Shown here in pieces: positions 1 to 10,547 of a DNA stretch of 64,000 bases (the stretch's first letter is position 1; each line of letters opens with the position of its first letter). The notes below the pieces were generated by a model, which saw only the letters and a list, made by a program, of their open reading frames with translations, searched no databases and was not told where the DNA came from. The position numbers and the translations under genes are program-made. Source of the DNA: a bacterium (GTDB lineage Bacteria > UBA8248); assembly GCA_965207065.1 (NCBI GenBank), contig OZ242260.1:1888001-1952000 (forward strand), in the 5' to 3' direction.

Positions 1-475
1 GGCGACTCTGGTGGCGCCCATTGGACTGCCGGACTGGCTCATCGCCAAGCTGGGCGAACTGTCGACCCACATCGTCTCGGCGGGCGCGTGGAGCGCGTGG
101 CGTCTGGAGGACACGATACCCACGACCAAAAAGTTCAACGAGCTCTATTACAAGATGCACGGCCGCGTAGCCGGGATGCAGGCCATCCAGGCGGGTACGG
201 CGGCCCAGCTTCTGTTCAACGCCATCGAGAAGGCGGGCTCGACGGACGGGAAGGCCATCATCGCGGCGCTCGAGAAGATCGACGTAGAGGCTCCTGCGGG
301 AAGGATGCGCTTCCAGAAGGACGGACGGATGGCGGAGGTGCCGCTCATACTCGGGAAAATCGAGAAGCTCAAGAAGCCCAAGTACGGCGCCATGTATGCG
401 CAGTCGGTCACGGCGCTTCCGGCGTCCAGGACACTCGAGCCGGCGAAGAAGCTCGGCTGTAATTTGAAGAAATAG
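1..475 (+). CDS. Branched-chain amino acid (Liv-type) ABC transporter substrate-binding protein, 5'-truncated by window edge
   Basis: C-terminal periplasmic-binding-protein motif 'AIEKAGSTDGKAIIAALE..GRMRF' immediately upstream of livH/M/G/F-like genes. Confidence 0.75.
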   Translation, partial: ATLVAPIGLPDWLIAKLGELSTHIVSAGAWSAWRLEDTIPTTKKFNELYYKMHGRVAGMQAIQAGTAAQLLFNAIEKAGSTDGKAIIAALEKIDVEAPAGRMRFQKDGRMAEVPLILGKIEKLKKPKYGAMYAQSVTALPASRTLEPAKKLGCNLKK

Positions 476-483
476 CCATTGGG

Positions 484-1350
484 ATGGATTGGAATTTCTT
501 GTTCGTCAATTCGCTGAACGGGATCATCTACGGATCGTTCCTGACGTTGACGAGTCTCGGCCTGAGCCTGGTGTTCGGCTTGGGCCGGGTCGTCAACTTC
601 GCCCACGGCGTGCTGTACGCCCTGGGGGGATATTTCTTCATCATCTTCCTGCCCTCGCTGGGCTGGGCGGCGATGGTGTTCGCTCCGCTGGTGGTCGTGC
701 CCCTGGCCATCGCGATGGAATGGCTGACGATCGCCCCCATCCGGAACCGGGATGAAATCTACACCCTGCTCGTGACGTTTGGCCTTTCCTTCATGATCAC
801 GGGCGCAATCGAGTATCTCTGGGGCACCGAGACCACCCTCATCAAGCCGCCCGTTATCTTCCAGGGCACGGTGGACATCCTCGGCAATCAGTTCCCCGTC
901 TACAGGCTATTTGCTTCGGCGCTCTCGTTGATGGTGACGGGGCTGGTCTTCGTCTTCATCCAGTTTACGCCTGTGGGCCTCAAGATTCGCGCCATCACCG
1001 ATGACAGCGAGATGGCTGAGGCGCTCGGCATCAACACGCGGTGGCTGCTCACGAGCATATTCGGGGGCGCGGCAGGGTTCGCGGCGTTCGCAGGCGCGCT
1101 GGGCGCTCCCATTTTCTCCGTCGAACCGGAAATGGGGATGGGCATCATCATCGACTCGTTCCTGGCGGTGATTCTGGGCGGACTCGGCCATCTGCCGGGG
1201 ACGGCCGTGGGAGCGTTCATCGTGGCGCTGGCGAAATCCATCGGCGGGGGCTACATCTCGGAATGGGCCATCGCGGTATTATTCCTGGTCGTGGCCGCGA
1301 TCATGGTTCTGCGGCCCAGAGGAGTCTTCGGTCGTGGCCGTATCGCCTGA
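484..1350 (+). CDS. livH: Branched-chain amino acid ABC transporter permease (LivH-like)
   Basis: 'LNGIIYGS..LGLSLVFG..VVNFAHG' and 'VILGGLG' motifs; multi-TM. Confidence 0.9.
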   Translation: MDWNFLFVNSLNGIIYGSFLTLTSLGLSLVFGLGRVVNFAHGVLYALGGYFFIIFLPSLGWAAMVFAPLVVVPLAIAMEWLTIAPIRNRDEIYTLLVTFGLSFMITGAIEYLWGTETTLIKPPVIFQGTVDILGNQFPVYRLFASALSLMVTGLVFVFIQFTPVGLKIRAITDDSEMAEALGINTRWLLTSIFGGAAGFAAFAGALGAPIFSVEPEMGMGIIIDSFLAVILGGLGHLPGTAVGAFIVALAKSIGGGYISEWAIAVLFLVVAAIMVLRPRGVFGRGRIA

Positions 1351-2338
1351 TGTGGAAAACCGGGTGGAAGACGCCTCGAGGGTCCGCTCGCGGGAAATCG
1401 CGACGCGGGTGCTGCTCGCCGTCTCCGCGCTCTTGGTCCTGGCCGTTCCGTTCCTGAACGCCAGTCCGTTTTTCATCACCCTGCTCACCGAGGCGTTGAT
1501 CTTCGGCATCTGGGCGATGAGCCTCGATTTGCTGGTGGGTTACACGGGGCTCGTCTCGTTCGGCCACGCCGCGAGTTTCGGCTTCGCGACCTACGCCGCG
1601 GGGATTTTCGCCATGAACGTATCCGCAGATTTTTTCCTCTCTACTATCGTTGCCATACTTGCCGCCGCTGCGGTCGCGTTTTTCACAGGCCTCGTTGTGA
1701 CGCGCCTCTCGGGGATCGCTTTCGCCATACTCACCCTTTGCATCTGCCAGGTCTTGTTCCAGATATCCGTCGTGTGGCGCTCGTTCACCGGCGGGCTGGA
1801 CGGCTTGATCGGCGTTCCGCTTCCCACACTATTCGGTAGGGAGGTGGAGCCCGGCGAGGAGTTCTATCTCCTGACCGCCGTCACGCTCATCGTTTGCTAT
1901 CTTCTCCTCAGGAGGGTGGTGGAGTCTCCGTTCGGAAAAACCCTGCTGGCGATTCGCGCGAACGAGGACAGGGCGGCCGCCATCGGCATTGACGTGAGAC
2001 GGCACAAGCTGGTGATTCTCATCCTTTCCTGGATGACGGGCGGCGTGGCGGGAACGCTCTTCGTCTTCCTGAAGGCCGGTGCGAACCCGATGACGCTTTA
2101 TTGGATCGAGTCGGGCAACATACTGGCCATCACGATTCTGGGCGGCATCGGTACGCTTTTCGGCCCGATCATCGGGGCGATCGGATTTATATTCATCCGT
2201 GATGAGGTGACGACGTTGTACCGGGCGTGGCAGTTTTCCTTCGGACTCGCTTTCGTGCTCGCTGTTTTGTTCATGCCTTCGGGAATCGCGGGGGTCGCCG
2301 AGAAAATCTGGAGACGACTATGGCCGGCGCGTTCGTAG
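1334..2338 (+). CDS. livM: Branched-chain amino acid ABC transporter permease (LivM-like)
   Basis: 'LLVGYTGLVSFGHA', 'TGGLDG', 'SPFGKTLLAIRANE' motifs. Confidence 0.9.
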   Translation: MAVSPDVENRVEDASRVRSREIATRVLLAVSALLVLAVPFLNASPFFITLLTEALIFGIWAMSLDLLVGYTGLVSFGHAASFGFATYAAGIFAMNVSADFFLSTIVAILAAAAVAFFTGLVVTRLSGIAFAILTLCICQVLFQISVVWRSFTGGLDGLIGVPLPTLFGREVEPGEEFYLLTAVTLIVCYLLLRRVVESPFGKTLLAIRANEDRAAAIGIDVRRHKLVILILSWMTGGVAGTLFVFLKAGANPMTLYWIESGNILAITILGGIGTLFGPIIGAIGFIFIRDEVTTLYRAWQFSFGLAFVLAVLFMPSGIAGVAEKIWRRLWPARS

Positions 2339-3078
2339 TTGAAGGCCTTCACAAGTCCTTCGGCGCTCTGCATGCCGTGAACGACGTGTCCCTGGACATC
2401 GAGGCCGGGCAGGTGCATTCGCTCATCGGCCCGAACGGCGCGGGCAAGACGACGCTTTTCAACTGCATCACCGGATTCCTTCGTCCCGACGCGGGAAAGG
2501 TGCTGTTGAACGGGAGCGACGTTACGCATCTGCAGTCTCACAAACTGGTGAAGTCGGGAATCGTCCGGACGTTTCAAATCACCCAGGTTTTCGGCGAGTT
2601 GAGCGCGCGTGAGAACGTCGAACTCGCAGCGCGCTCCCGCGAAGGCCTGAATTTCGACCTATTCCGAAAGGCCAGCGCCTGCCGGGAGGCGAGGGAGGAC
2701 GCGGAGGAAGCACTGGAGGTGGTCGGATTGATCGAAAAAGCCCATCTGCGGCCCGAGGAGCTGGGGCACGGGGACAAGCGGGTACTCGAGGTTGCCATAG
2801 GACTCGCGCTCAACCCGGAAGTATTGCTGCTCGACGAACCTACGGCGGGCATGTCCAGAACGGAGACCGAGCGCATCGCCCGCCTGGTGCGGCAGATTGC
2901 GGACCGCACGAGCGTTCTCCTGGTCGAGCACGATACGGAGGTCGTTCTCTCGATTTCGGATAAAATCACCGTCATGACGCAGGGCCGGGTGATAGCCCAG
3001 GGTCCGCCCGAGCAGGTCAGCCAGGATCCCCAGGTGCAGGACGCCTACCTCGGCGCCGTCGAAGTGGAGGGGGACTGA
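2320..3078 (+). CDS. livG: ABC transporter ATP-binding protein (LivG-like)
   Basis: Walker A GPNGAGKTT, LLLDEPTAG, C-terminal 'DPQVQDAYLG'; start moved to ATG 2320 after GGAG. Confidence 0.9.
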   Translation: MAGAFVVEGLHKSFGALHAVNDVSLDIEAGQVHSLIGPNGAGKTTLFNCITGFLRPDAGKVLLNGSDVTHLQSHKLVKSGIVRTFQITQVFGELSARENVELAARSREGLNFDLFRKASACREAREDAEEALEVVGLIEKAHLRPEELGHGDKRVLEVAIGLALNPEVLLLDEPTAGMSRTETERIARLVRQIADRTSVLLVEHDTEVVLSISDKITVMTQGRVIAQGPPEQVSQDPQVQDAYLGAVEVEGD

Positions 3079-3809
3079 TGCTCAGAGTCTCCTCGCTTCA
3101 CGTTCATTACGGGACCGCCCACGTTCTCCACGGCGTTGATCTGGAGGTGGGAACAGGCCGGATCGTCTGCCTCATCGGGCGCAACGGCGCGGGCAAAAGC
3201 ACAACGCTCAAGTCCATCATGGGTCTCGTCCCCGCCACTTCCGGGGAAATCCTCTTCGAGGAGCAGCGCATCGAAGCGATGGCGGCCCACCGGGTCGCCC
3301 GCATGGGGGTCGCCTACGTGCCTGAGGACAGGCGGCCCTTCGGTTCCTTGAGCGTGGAGGAGAACATCCGCGTCGCCGCGCAGGCAAGTCCGCACTCCGA
3401 TGCGAACGGCGTTCAGGAGGCGCTGGCGTTTTTCCCCGTCCTTGAGGAGCGCGCGAAGCAACTGGCGGGTAGCTTGAGCGGCGGCGAGCAACAGATGCTC
3501 GTGATCGCGCGCGCCCTGGTGGCGCGGCCGCGGCTGGTTCTGCTCGATGAGCCGACCGAGGGACTTGCCCCCAGCCTCGTCCGCTCCATCAGGGACGGAA
3601 TCATGAAGACCCGGACGCATGGCCTCTCGATTTTGCTTGTGGAGCAGAATCTCTCCCTGGCGCTGGAAGTTGGCGATTACTTCTATGTGTTGAGCCGTGG
3701 TTTCGTCGCTTTTGAAGGAACGAGCGAAGAACTCCTTGCGCGAGAGGACGTGATCGCAGAACATCTGGGAGTCGGCCGCGTGAAAGAAGCTCTCAGATCG
3801 CGCGAGTGA
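3078..3809 (+). CDS. livF: ABC transporter ATP-binding protein (LivF-like)
   Basis: GRNGAGKST, LSGGEQQML, LDEPTEGLAP. Confidence 0.9.
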   Translation: MLRVSSLHVHYGTAHVLHGVDLEVGTGRIVCLIGRNGAGKSTTLKSIMGLVPATSGEILFEEQRIEAMAAHRVARMGVAYVPEDRRPFGSLSVEENIRVAAQASPHSDANGVQEALAFFPVLEERAKQLAGSLSGGEQQMLVIARALVARPRLVLLDEPTEGLAPSLVRSIRDGIMKTRTHGLSILLVEQNLSLALEVGDYFYVLSRGFVAFEGTSEELLAREDVIAEHLGVGRVKEALRSRE

Positions 3810-3866
3810 GCCGCCGCGTAAAATCCGAACCGCCCCGATCTACCCTTAATAATAAGAGAGCATCCA

Positions 3867-4829
3867 TTGCTTGCCTGTGTGCTGGAGGAGAACGGCCCCT
3901 CTCTCAAGGAAATAGCGCGCCCTGAGCCGCTTGTGGATGAAGCCCTCATCCGGGTAAGGCTCGCAGGTATTTGCGCCACCGACTTGGAACTCATTCGCGG
4001 ATACATGAATTTCCGGGACGTATTGGGCCATGAGTTCGTGGGAGAGGTGGCGGGGCCGGAGGCGCACCCGCTCCTGGGCCATAGAGTGGTGGGCGAGATT
4101 AACTGCGGCTGCGGGGATTGCCCCTGGTGCGCGCGCGGCATGGAGCGGCATTGTCCCGGGAGGAGCGTTCTCGGCATTCTCGACCGCCCCGGGGTATTTG
4201 CGGAATACACGTGCCTGCCGAGCCGGAATCTGCACATCCTTCCTGACGCAGTGGAAGATGAGACGGCCGTTTTCTGCGAGCCTCTGGCTGCCTGCTTCGA
4301 GGTGATCGAGCAGTTCCCAGAAATCGTTGAGCGCGAGGTCTTGGTGATTGGAGACGGGCGGCTCGGCCTCCTCCAGACCCAGATGCTGTATGCCGCAGGG
4401 GCGAGAGTGGGCCTGCTGGGCCGCCACCCGGAAAAAATGGCGCTGCTCGCCACTTTGGAAATTCCCGCCTGGAGCGAACCCGAGCAGGCCGTCTGTTCCG
4501 AGGGGGAGAGATGGCCCGTCGTGGTCGAGGCCACGGGCTCTGCGGAGGGGTTTTCCCTCGCCGTCTCGAAAACGATGCCCCGGGGCGTTCTGGTGCTCAA
4601 GAGCACGGTGGCTTCCGAAGCTCGCCTGAATCTCTCTTCCGTCGTGGTGGATGAAATCACGGTCCTTGGTTCGCGCTGCGGCCCATTCGAACCCGCGATC
4701 CGGGCGCTCGAGACGGGCGAAATCCGCACGTCCTCGATGGTTCATGGCCGTTTCGCCCTGCGAAACGCGCCCGAGGCGTTTGAAAAGGCCCGCGAAAAGG
4801 GGGCAGTCAAGGTATTGCTCCGGCCCTAG
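3867..4829 (+). CDS. Zinc-dependent alcohol dehydrogenase (MDR family)
   Basis: GICATD, GHEFVG, CGDCPWC..C structural Zn site, GDGRLG. Confidence 0.9.
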   Translation: MLACVLEENGPSLKEIARPEPLVDEALIRVRLAGICATDLELIRGYMNFRDVLGHEFVGEVAGPEAHPLLGHRVVGEINCGCGDCPWCARGMERHCPGRSVLGILDRPGVFAEYTCLPSRNLHILPDAVEDETAVFCEPLAACFEVIEQFPEIVEREVLVIGDGRLGLLQTQMLYAAGARVGLLGRHPEKMALLATLEIPAWSEPEQAVCSEGERWPVVVEATGSAEGFSLAVSKTMPRGVLVLKSTVASEARLNLSSVVVDEITVLGSRCGPFEPAIRALETGEIRTSSMVHGRFALRNAPEAFEKAREKGAVKVLLRP

Positions 4830-4906
4830 ATGTATTTTTTGCGTTTTTATTGTAAGATTGCTCGGTGTTTTGGCTTCACAGGGTGGTGCCCTTGAAGGAG
4901 CATGCG

Positions 4907-5809
4907 ATGAGAGGCCTCATGGGGATGGCCTTGATAGTGTGTTTTCTCGCTTCTGCAGGGAGCGGGGGGACGGTTGCGGCTGCGCCGGAGACACCCAAGG
5001 CGATAGAGCATAGGCGCATCTCCCGACTTGTTATCCATCTCAAGCGGCTGGAGAAGCCGGAGGATTGGCTGCTGGTTCGCAAGTTTTTCTCCTCAGACGC
5101 CAACGTGCAGCTGAACGCTCTGTCGAACTGCCCGCTGCCTGAAAACGAATGGCCCTGGTATCTCTCCTCCGATCATCTCAAGAATTACGCCTTTTCGGTG
5201 GATTTCATCCCGCTCAACATGGACGCGGACAAGCGCCTCGAAACCCTCATGGTCATCCAGTCGGATCACGCCAAGGATCACTACATTACCTTTTGCCTGA
5301 TGGATGACGACCAAAACGCCCGCAAACCGCTCGCTTCCTACAGCGATTTGAGCCGGGGACGGGAAATCAGCTACCAGATAGCCGATCTGACTGGGGATGG
5401 ATCGCATGAACTGATCGTCAACGTCCGCGAGGGTTCGGACGGCCGCAATTCGGATGCCGTGCGGGTTATCAGGCCGACCCGCAAGCGTCGCTTCGAACTG
5501 GTCTGGTTCGCGCGCTTGCAAGAGGAATTGAGATGGCCGCGGGCGTATCTCGACGATGCGGGAACCCGGGCCGTCCAGAGAAGCGAAGATTTGAGCGCCA
5601 AGGTTCGTTTCCGCTTCAACGGGCCGGGCAATCCGGCCACCCTCATCCTGAAGGGGGTGAGGAAATACGAGGAGCGGGTCTTCGATCTCAAAGGCGGGAA
5701 AGAGAAAAACGAGCTTCAAGTCGATCGGTTTCCGTTCGAGGAATTCTGGCGGTGGGATAAGAAGAAACTGCAATTCGTCCGCGTTTTCGACTCCAGTTAT
5801 CAGAAATAA
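4907..5809 (+). CDS. Hypothetical exported protein
   Basis: AAGGAG RBS, signal-peptide-like N-terminus, one FG-GAP-like 'DLTGDGSHELIV' motif. Confidence 0.6.
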   Translation: MRGLMGMALIVCFLASAGSGGTVAAAPETPKAIEHRRISRLVIHLKRLEKPEDWLLVRKFFSSDANVQLNALSNCPLPENEWPWYLSSDHLKNYAFSVDFIPLNMDADKRLETLMVIQSDHAKDHYITFCLMDDDQNARKPLASYSDLSRGREISYQIADLTGDGSHELIVNVREGSDGRNSDAVRVIRPTRKRRFELVWFARLQEELRWPRAYLDDAGTRAVQRSEDLSAKVRFRFNGPGNPATLILKGVRKYEERVFDLKGGKEKNELQVDRFPFEEFWRWDKKKLQFVRVFDSSYQK

Positions 5810-5833
5810 TATCTTCGTTTTTCCGAAAAGGTC

Positions 5834-7381
5834 GTGAAGCCCTTGAACCTGCCTCGCCCCGTCATGCTCATCGTGCTGGATGGATGGGGATTATCAGACG
5901 AGCGCGCCCACAACGCCGTCGCCCTGGCCGATACCCCGACCATGGACGCCCTGCTCGCTCAACGCCCCCACACCCGCCTCCTCACTTCGGGGCGCGCCGT
6001 GGGCCTTCCCGACGGGCAGATGGGCAATTCCGAGGTGGGACATCTGAACCTGGGCGCCGGCCGCGTGGTGGATCAGGACATCGTCCGCATCGACCGCTCT
6101 ATCGAGAACGGCGATTTTTTTGCACTTCCCCCGCTCGTCGATTGCATTCAAAAAGCCAGGAAGCAAGGCGGCGCCCTGCACATTTTGGGCCTCGTTTCGG
6201 ACGGCGGCGTGCACAGCCTTCAGGACCACGGAGTGGCGCTGGCCCGGTTGGGCAAAAAAATCGGAATCGAGCGCATCTTCGCGCACGCATTCACCGACGG
6301 TAGGGATACGCCTCCCCGCTCGGGACTGGATTTCGTCGGGCGTTACGCGGAGAGCCTGCGGCGCGAGGCGGGGGCCGAGCTCGCCACCGTCATCGGGCGC
6401 TACTACGCGATGGATCGGGACAGACGTTGGGAGCGTAGCGAGCGCGCCTACCGGGCCATGGCGGCGGGAGAGGGCGTCCCCTCTCAAAGCGCCGCCGAGG
6501 CGATAGAGGCTTCCTATGTGCAAGGTGTGACGGATGAGTTCATCGAACCGGTGGTGCTCTATGAGGATGGGCGTCCTGTGGGATTGGTCCGCGACGGGGA
6601 CGCCGTGATCTGCATGAACTTCCGTGCGGACAGGGTGCGGCAAATCACCCGCGCCTTCACGGATGAGCAATTCGATGGCTTCGACGTCTCGAACAGACCT
6701 TCGGTTCATTACGCCTGCATGACGGAATACGACGAGCGCTTCGCACTGCCCGTCGCGTTTCCGCCCATGAGGATGGGGGGTCTGTTCTGTCATGCGCTGG
6801 CCGATGCGGGGAAGACTTGCCTGAGAGTCGCAGAGACGGAGAAATATCCGCACGTTACGTATTTCTTTAACGGCGGCGAGGAGGAGCCGCCCCTCGGCGA
6901 GCGGCGCCGCGTGGTTCCCTCGCCGAAGGTGGCCACCTATGATCTGAAGCCCGAGATGAGCGCAGACGAAGTGACGAAAGTGGTACTGGACGCCATCGCG
7001 CAAGGCGAAGATGACGCCATTGTCCTGAACTACGCGAATTCCGACATGGTGGGGCACACGGGTGTCGAGAGCGCAGCCGTCCGGGCCGCCGGTTTCGTGG
7101 ACGCCTGTCTCGGGCGTGTTCTCGAAACGCTGGAGCGCGCGGGCGGCGCGGCGGTGGTGACGGCGGACCACGGCAATTGCGAGACGATGTGGGATGCGGA
7201 AAACGACTGCCCGCACACCGCGCACACGCTGAACGAGACGCCCTGCATCGTCGTAGCGCCCGGGTTCGAAGGACCGCTCAGGCCGGGTGGCGCGCTTTGT
7301 GATGTCGCCCCCACACTGCTGGGACTGATGGGCATCACCCCGCCGCCCGAGATGACGGGTGTGGATTTGAGGATTCTCTAG
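5834..7381 (+). CDS. gpmI: 2,3-bisphosphoglycerate-independent phosphoglycerate mutase
   Basis: LDGWG, GNSEVGH, SDGGVHS, DGRDTPP, GRYYAMDRD, AETEKYPHVTYFFNGG, TADHGN. Confidence 0.97.
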   Translation: MKPLNLPRPVMLIVLDGWGLSDERAHNAVALADTPTMDALLAQRPHTRLLTSGRAVGLPDGQMGNSEVGHLNLGAGRVVDQDIVRIDRSIENGDFFALPPLVDCIQKARKQGGALHILGLVSDGGVHSLQDHGVALARLGKKIGIERIFAHAFTDGRDTPPRSGLDFVGRYAESLRREAGAELATVIGRYYAMDRDRRWERSERAYRAMAAGEGVPSQSAAEAIEASYVQGVTDEFIEPVVLYEDGRPVGLVRDGDAVICMNFRADRVRQITRAFTDEQFDGFDVSNRPSVHYACMTEYDERFALPVAFPPMRMGGLFCHALADAGKTCLRVAETEKYPHVTYFFNGGEEEPPLGERRRVVPSPKVATYDLKPEMSADEVTKVVLDAIAQGEDDAIVLNYANSDMVGHTGVESAAVRAAGFVDACLGRVLETLERAGGAAVVTADHGNCETMWDAENDCPHTAHTLNETPCIVVAPGFEGPLRPGGALCDVAPTLLGLMGITPPPEMTGVDLRIL

Positions 7382-7478
7382 CGCCCGGGCGTTGCCCCTC
7401 TCGCCCGGTTCGGCGACTATCGGATGGTGGCGGGATATTCGGCGGTTTCATGATGAGGAAACTTTCTTTCGGGAGGAG

Positions 7479-8165
7479 ATGGGCGTGAGCGAGGGAGTCC
7501 CCGATTTTCAGGCGTTGCGCGAGATGTATCACACAGAAGTGGAGGGGCTGAGCGACGCCCAGCTCGACTGGGAAGACCCGTCCGAGGAGTGGTCGCGCTG
7601 GAGCATCCGGCGGCAGATAAGCCACGTGGCGCTCGCCTATTTCTTCTGGTGGGTGAAGATGTGGGGCAAGACGCTCTGGCCGGAGAACCCGCCCGCAGAC
7701 CCGGTGGATTTCACCAAGGCGGCTCCCAATCAATATGACCGCAGGCTGGATGAGGAGAAATTCTGGCGGCTCGAGGATTTGCTGCCCAAGTTCGATGAGG
7801 CGCTCGCCTTCGCCGAACGCGCCGCCGAGGGAAAGAGTGAGGATGAGTTGAAGTCGCTGGCCATCACCCGCTCTTTCAAGCCCGAGTTGCTGATGGGCGA
7901 TACGGACCTGCCGGTCTACCGGTTCTGGATGCACATCTCCACGTTTCACGACGAGGGTCTATCGCAAGACGCGGAAGATGAGACGAAATTCACCTACACT
8001 CTGGCTGGCATGCTCCGGCAGCTGTACTGGGAGGCGTTGGTGCATCTGAGGACCATTCAACGCCTGAAACTCAAACAGGGGCTCACGCCAGTCGCGCAGA
8101 TTCCGAGGGAGGGCTTGCTGCTCGACCCGTTCTTCTGGGGACCCGAAGATGAACCCAGGATGTGA
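7479..8165 (+). CDS. DinB-like family protein
   Basis: 'WSIRRQISHV' and C-terminal 'HLRTIQR' DinB-type His motifs; GGAGGAG RBS. Confidence 0.6.
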   Translation: MGVSEGVPDFQALREMYHTEVEGLSDAQLDWEDPSEEWSRWSIRRQISHVALAYFFWWVKMWGKTLWPENPPADPVDFTKAAPNQYDRRLDEEKFWRLEDLLPKFDEALAFAERAAEGKSEDELKSLAITRSFKPELLMGDTDLPVYRFWMHISTFHDEGLSQDAEDETKFTYTLAGMLRQLYWEALVHLRTIQRLKLKQGLTPVAQIPREGLLLDPFFWGPEDEPRM

Positions 8166-8200
8166 GGGCGCGCGCCGCCCGCTTTTTTGAGGATGTTCCG

Positions 8201-9004
8201 ATGCCGTTCGTGACGCTGCCTTCAGGCGTAGAGATTTTCTATGAGACTCAAGGCGAGGGGCCTCCCCTTCTGCTCGTGAGCGGAACGGGCCATGACCACA
8301 CCTTCTGGTCGGCGCAGCTTCCCCTGTTGAGCGCGGATTACCGCTGCATCGTCTTCGACAACCGGGGGGTGGGCAGGAGCACGGCGCCCGCTCTTGGGTA
8401 TTCCCTGGCGGACATGGCCGATGACGCCGCTGGCGTTCTGGACGCCGCAGGAGTGGAGCGCGCCCACGTGATGGGGTTTTCGATGGGCGGGCACATATCC
8501 ACCGAACTCACCCTTCGCCACCCCGGGCGCGTCGTCAGCCTGGGGCTCCACCACACCTGGGCGAGAAACTGCGCGCGGCTGGGTTCTTTTCAGCGCGCCC
8601 GCATGCGCCTCGCCGCGCGCGGCGAACGGGAGGCGCTCGTGGAACTGAGCCTCCTGGGCCTTTACTCCCACGAATACTACGACGCGAACGCCGAGGTAAT
8701 GGAACAGAAAAGGCAGTGGCTCACCGAGCAATCGGGCGTCGATCTCGGTTGGGAGGGGCAACTGCGCGCCTGCCTGGAGGGAGATACCCTCGAACGGCTT
8801 CACCAGATTCAGGTTCCCACGCTCGTCACCTGTTCGGATCGCGACCTGATCGTCGACCCCCACCACGCGAAGGAAATCCACGAGCGCATCGCGGGTTCGA
8901 AGCTCATCGTCATGGAGGGGACGGGCCACGTGGCGCTCATCGAGCGGCCAGATGCGTTCGCGCGCATCTGCCATGAGTTTCTGGCCTCCCTGCCGCGGGA
9001 ATGA
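8201..9004 (+). CDS. Alpha/beta fold hydrolase
   Basis: DNRGVGRS, GFSMGG nucleophile elbow, C-terminal GH. Confidence 0.9.
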   Translation: MPFVTLPSGVEIFYETQGEGPPLLLVSGTGHDHTFWSAQLPLLSADYRCIVFDNRGVGRSTAPALGYSLADMADDAAGVLDAAGVERAHVMGFSMGGHISTELTLRHPGRVVSLGLHHTWARNCARLGSFQRARMRLAARGEREALVELSLLGLYSHEYYDANAEVMEQKRQWLTEQSGVDLGWEGQLRACLEGDTLERLHQIQVPTLVTCSDRDLIVDPHHAKEIHERIAGSKLIVMEGTGHVALIERPDAFARICHEFLASLPRE

Positions 9005-9049
9005 GGAACAACCACTATTCCATGAAGATATTCTTTGGAGCAGTACGAC

Positions 9050-9637
9050 ATGAAAAAAATCATCTTCATCTTAGCGGTAGGCGCATTCCTCTTCTTTCTT
9101 TTTTTCCAGTTCAAAGATAGTTCGAGTAAGACTCGTGATATAGATACCAGCGAATTTATCATGAAGTTAATGGGGAAGAGCCATGAATTGCTTTTAAACC
9201 AATGCAAGCCTATGGGCGTAGTAATAAATGGAAACAAGCATTTATTAGAGACAGAACCACTTCCAACCAAAATCAAAGTAGGTATAAAAGAATCAGATAG
9301 GATTTCCATCAGTAATTTAGTGATAAATAAATTGCGTTCGCATGGCCTTTATAGAGAGAACTTGGTTATTACGCACAAAACAGATGAACCCGTATCAGTA
9401 TTATACATCGATGCCTTGGCCATTGGAGGTGACCATAATATTAGCTTGTATTTTAGGAAAGATATTCGAGACATTATTTGGAATGCCCCCATTTACTCGG
9501 GAGAAGATGAAATTTTGTGGTCAAACTATTTGCTTCCAGAGCTAACAAATGGAGACATATCATCAGAAGTATCAAAGCATGTTGATTATTTCTTGAGTGA
9601 GTTCCTTAAGGCCAATAAGGATGAATGCGGAAAGTAG
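9050..9637 (+). CDS. Hypothetical protein (AT-rich, N-terminal membrane anchor or signal)
   Basis: Uninterrupted ORF in a low-GC patch; MKKIIFILAVGAFLFFLFF. Confidence 0.6.
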   Translation: MKKIIFILAVGAFLFFLFFQFKDSSSKTRDIDTSEFIMKLMGKSHELLLNQCKPMGVVINGNKHLLETEPLPTKIKVGIKESDRISISNLVINKLRSHGLYRENLVITHKTDEPVSVLYIDALAIGGDHNISLYFRKDIRDIIWNAPIYSGEDEILWSNYLLPELTNGDISSEVSKHVDYFLSEFLKANKDECGK

Positions 9638-9856
9638 GGCCTTGATATTGGGAATTCCGTAAAACAACACCGCGCCGCTGTTTCGGGCGAGTGAATCCCA
9701 ATTCCCGGAAAGCGCCTGAAGCCGCCGCCGGTTTGACAAAAGGCTTGATCTTGGGGCAAGAAAAAACCGGTTTCATTCTCATTGCTTATCGAACCGGACG
9801 GCCTTGATATTCGGAAAGCGAGGTGCGCCATCCTCAAGAAGATTTTCGGCAGGTTT

Positions 9857-10480
9857 ATGCAGAAGAATGACCCTCCATCAGTAGGCGGGCCGCCCGCGCC
9901 GAGTGGCGGCTTCGGCCTGCCCATGGCGCCGGATCAGGCGGGGCAGGAAGCCCTTTTCGCCGAAAAAATCGAGGCCCACGGTAAATGGCTGCAAAGTTCC
10001 GGCGCGCGCGGAGAACGCGCCGACTTCTCGGGCGCGCATCTCGAGGCGATCAGCCTTTTCATGGTGAATCTCACCAAGGCGGATCTGCGCGAAGTTCATC
10101 TCGCGGGTGCAAATGCGCAATGGGCGAACCTCGATGGGGCGGACCTCGCCGGCGCCCATCTCGAAGGGGCCGATCTGTTCCAGTCCAGCCTCGAGGGGGC
10201 GAATCTCACCGGCGCGCGGATGGCAGGAGCGAACATGATGTCGGCCGCTCTCAAGTTCGCGGATTTGACGGGCGCGGACCTCACGGGAGCCGACCTGCGC
10301 GGCGCCTCGCTCCAGCGGACGAAGCTCTCGGGCGCGAACCTCTCGGACGCGCTTGTCGACGAAGCCGACCTGGAGCTCACCGACATCCGGGGCGTCGATC
10401 TCTCGGGTGTAAAAGGGCTGACGCCCGAGCAGGTAGAAGGCGCGCTCAAGGACGGAGAGACGCTCTTCCCGGATGTATGA
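9857..10480 (+). CDS. Pentapeptide repeat protein
   Basis: Many A(D/N)LxG repeats after 'HGKWLQS..GERADFS'; start uncertain. Confidence 0.9.
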   Translation: MQKNDPPSVGGPPAPSGGFGLPMAPDQAGQEALFAEKIEAHGKWLQSSGARGERADFSGAHLEAISLFMVNLTKADLREVHLAGANAQWANLDGADLAGAHLEGADLFQSSLEGANLTGARMAGANMMSAALKFADLTGADLTGADLRGASLQRTKLSGANLSDALVDEADLELTDIRGVDLSGVKGLTPEQVEGALKDGETLFPDV

Positions 10481-10547
10481 GGCTTATCTTCGGGATATTT
10501 CCTTGTGATCGTATTGGAAGTGCAAAGCTGAAAAGACGTTGATTACG

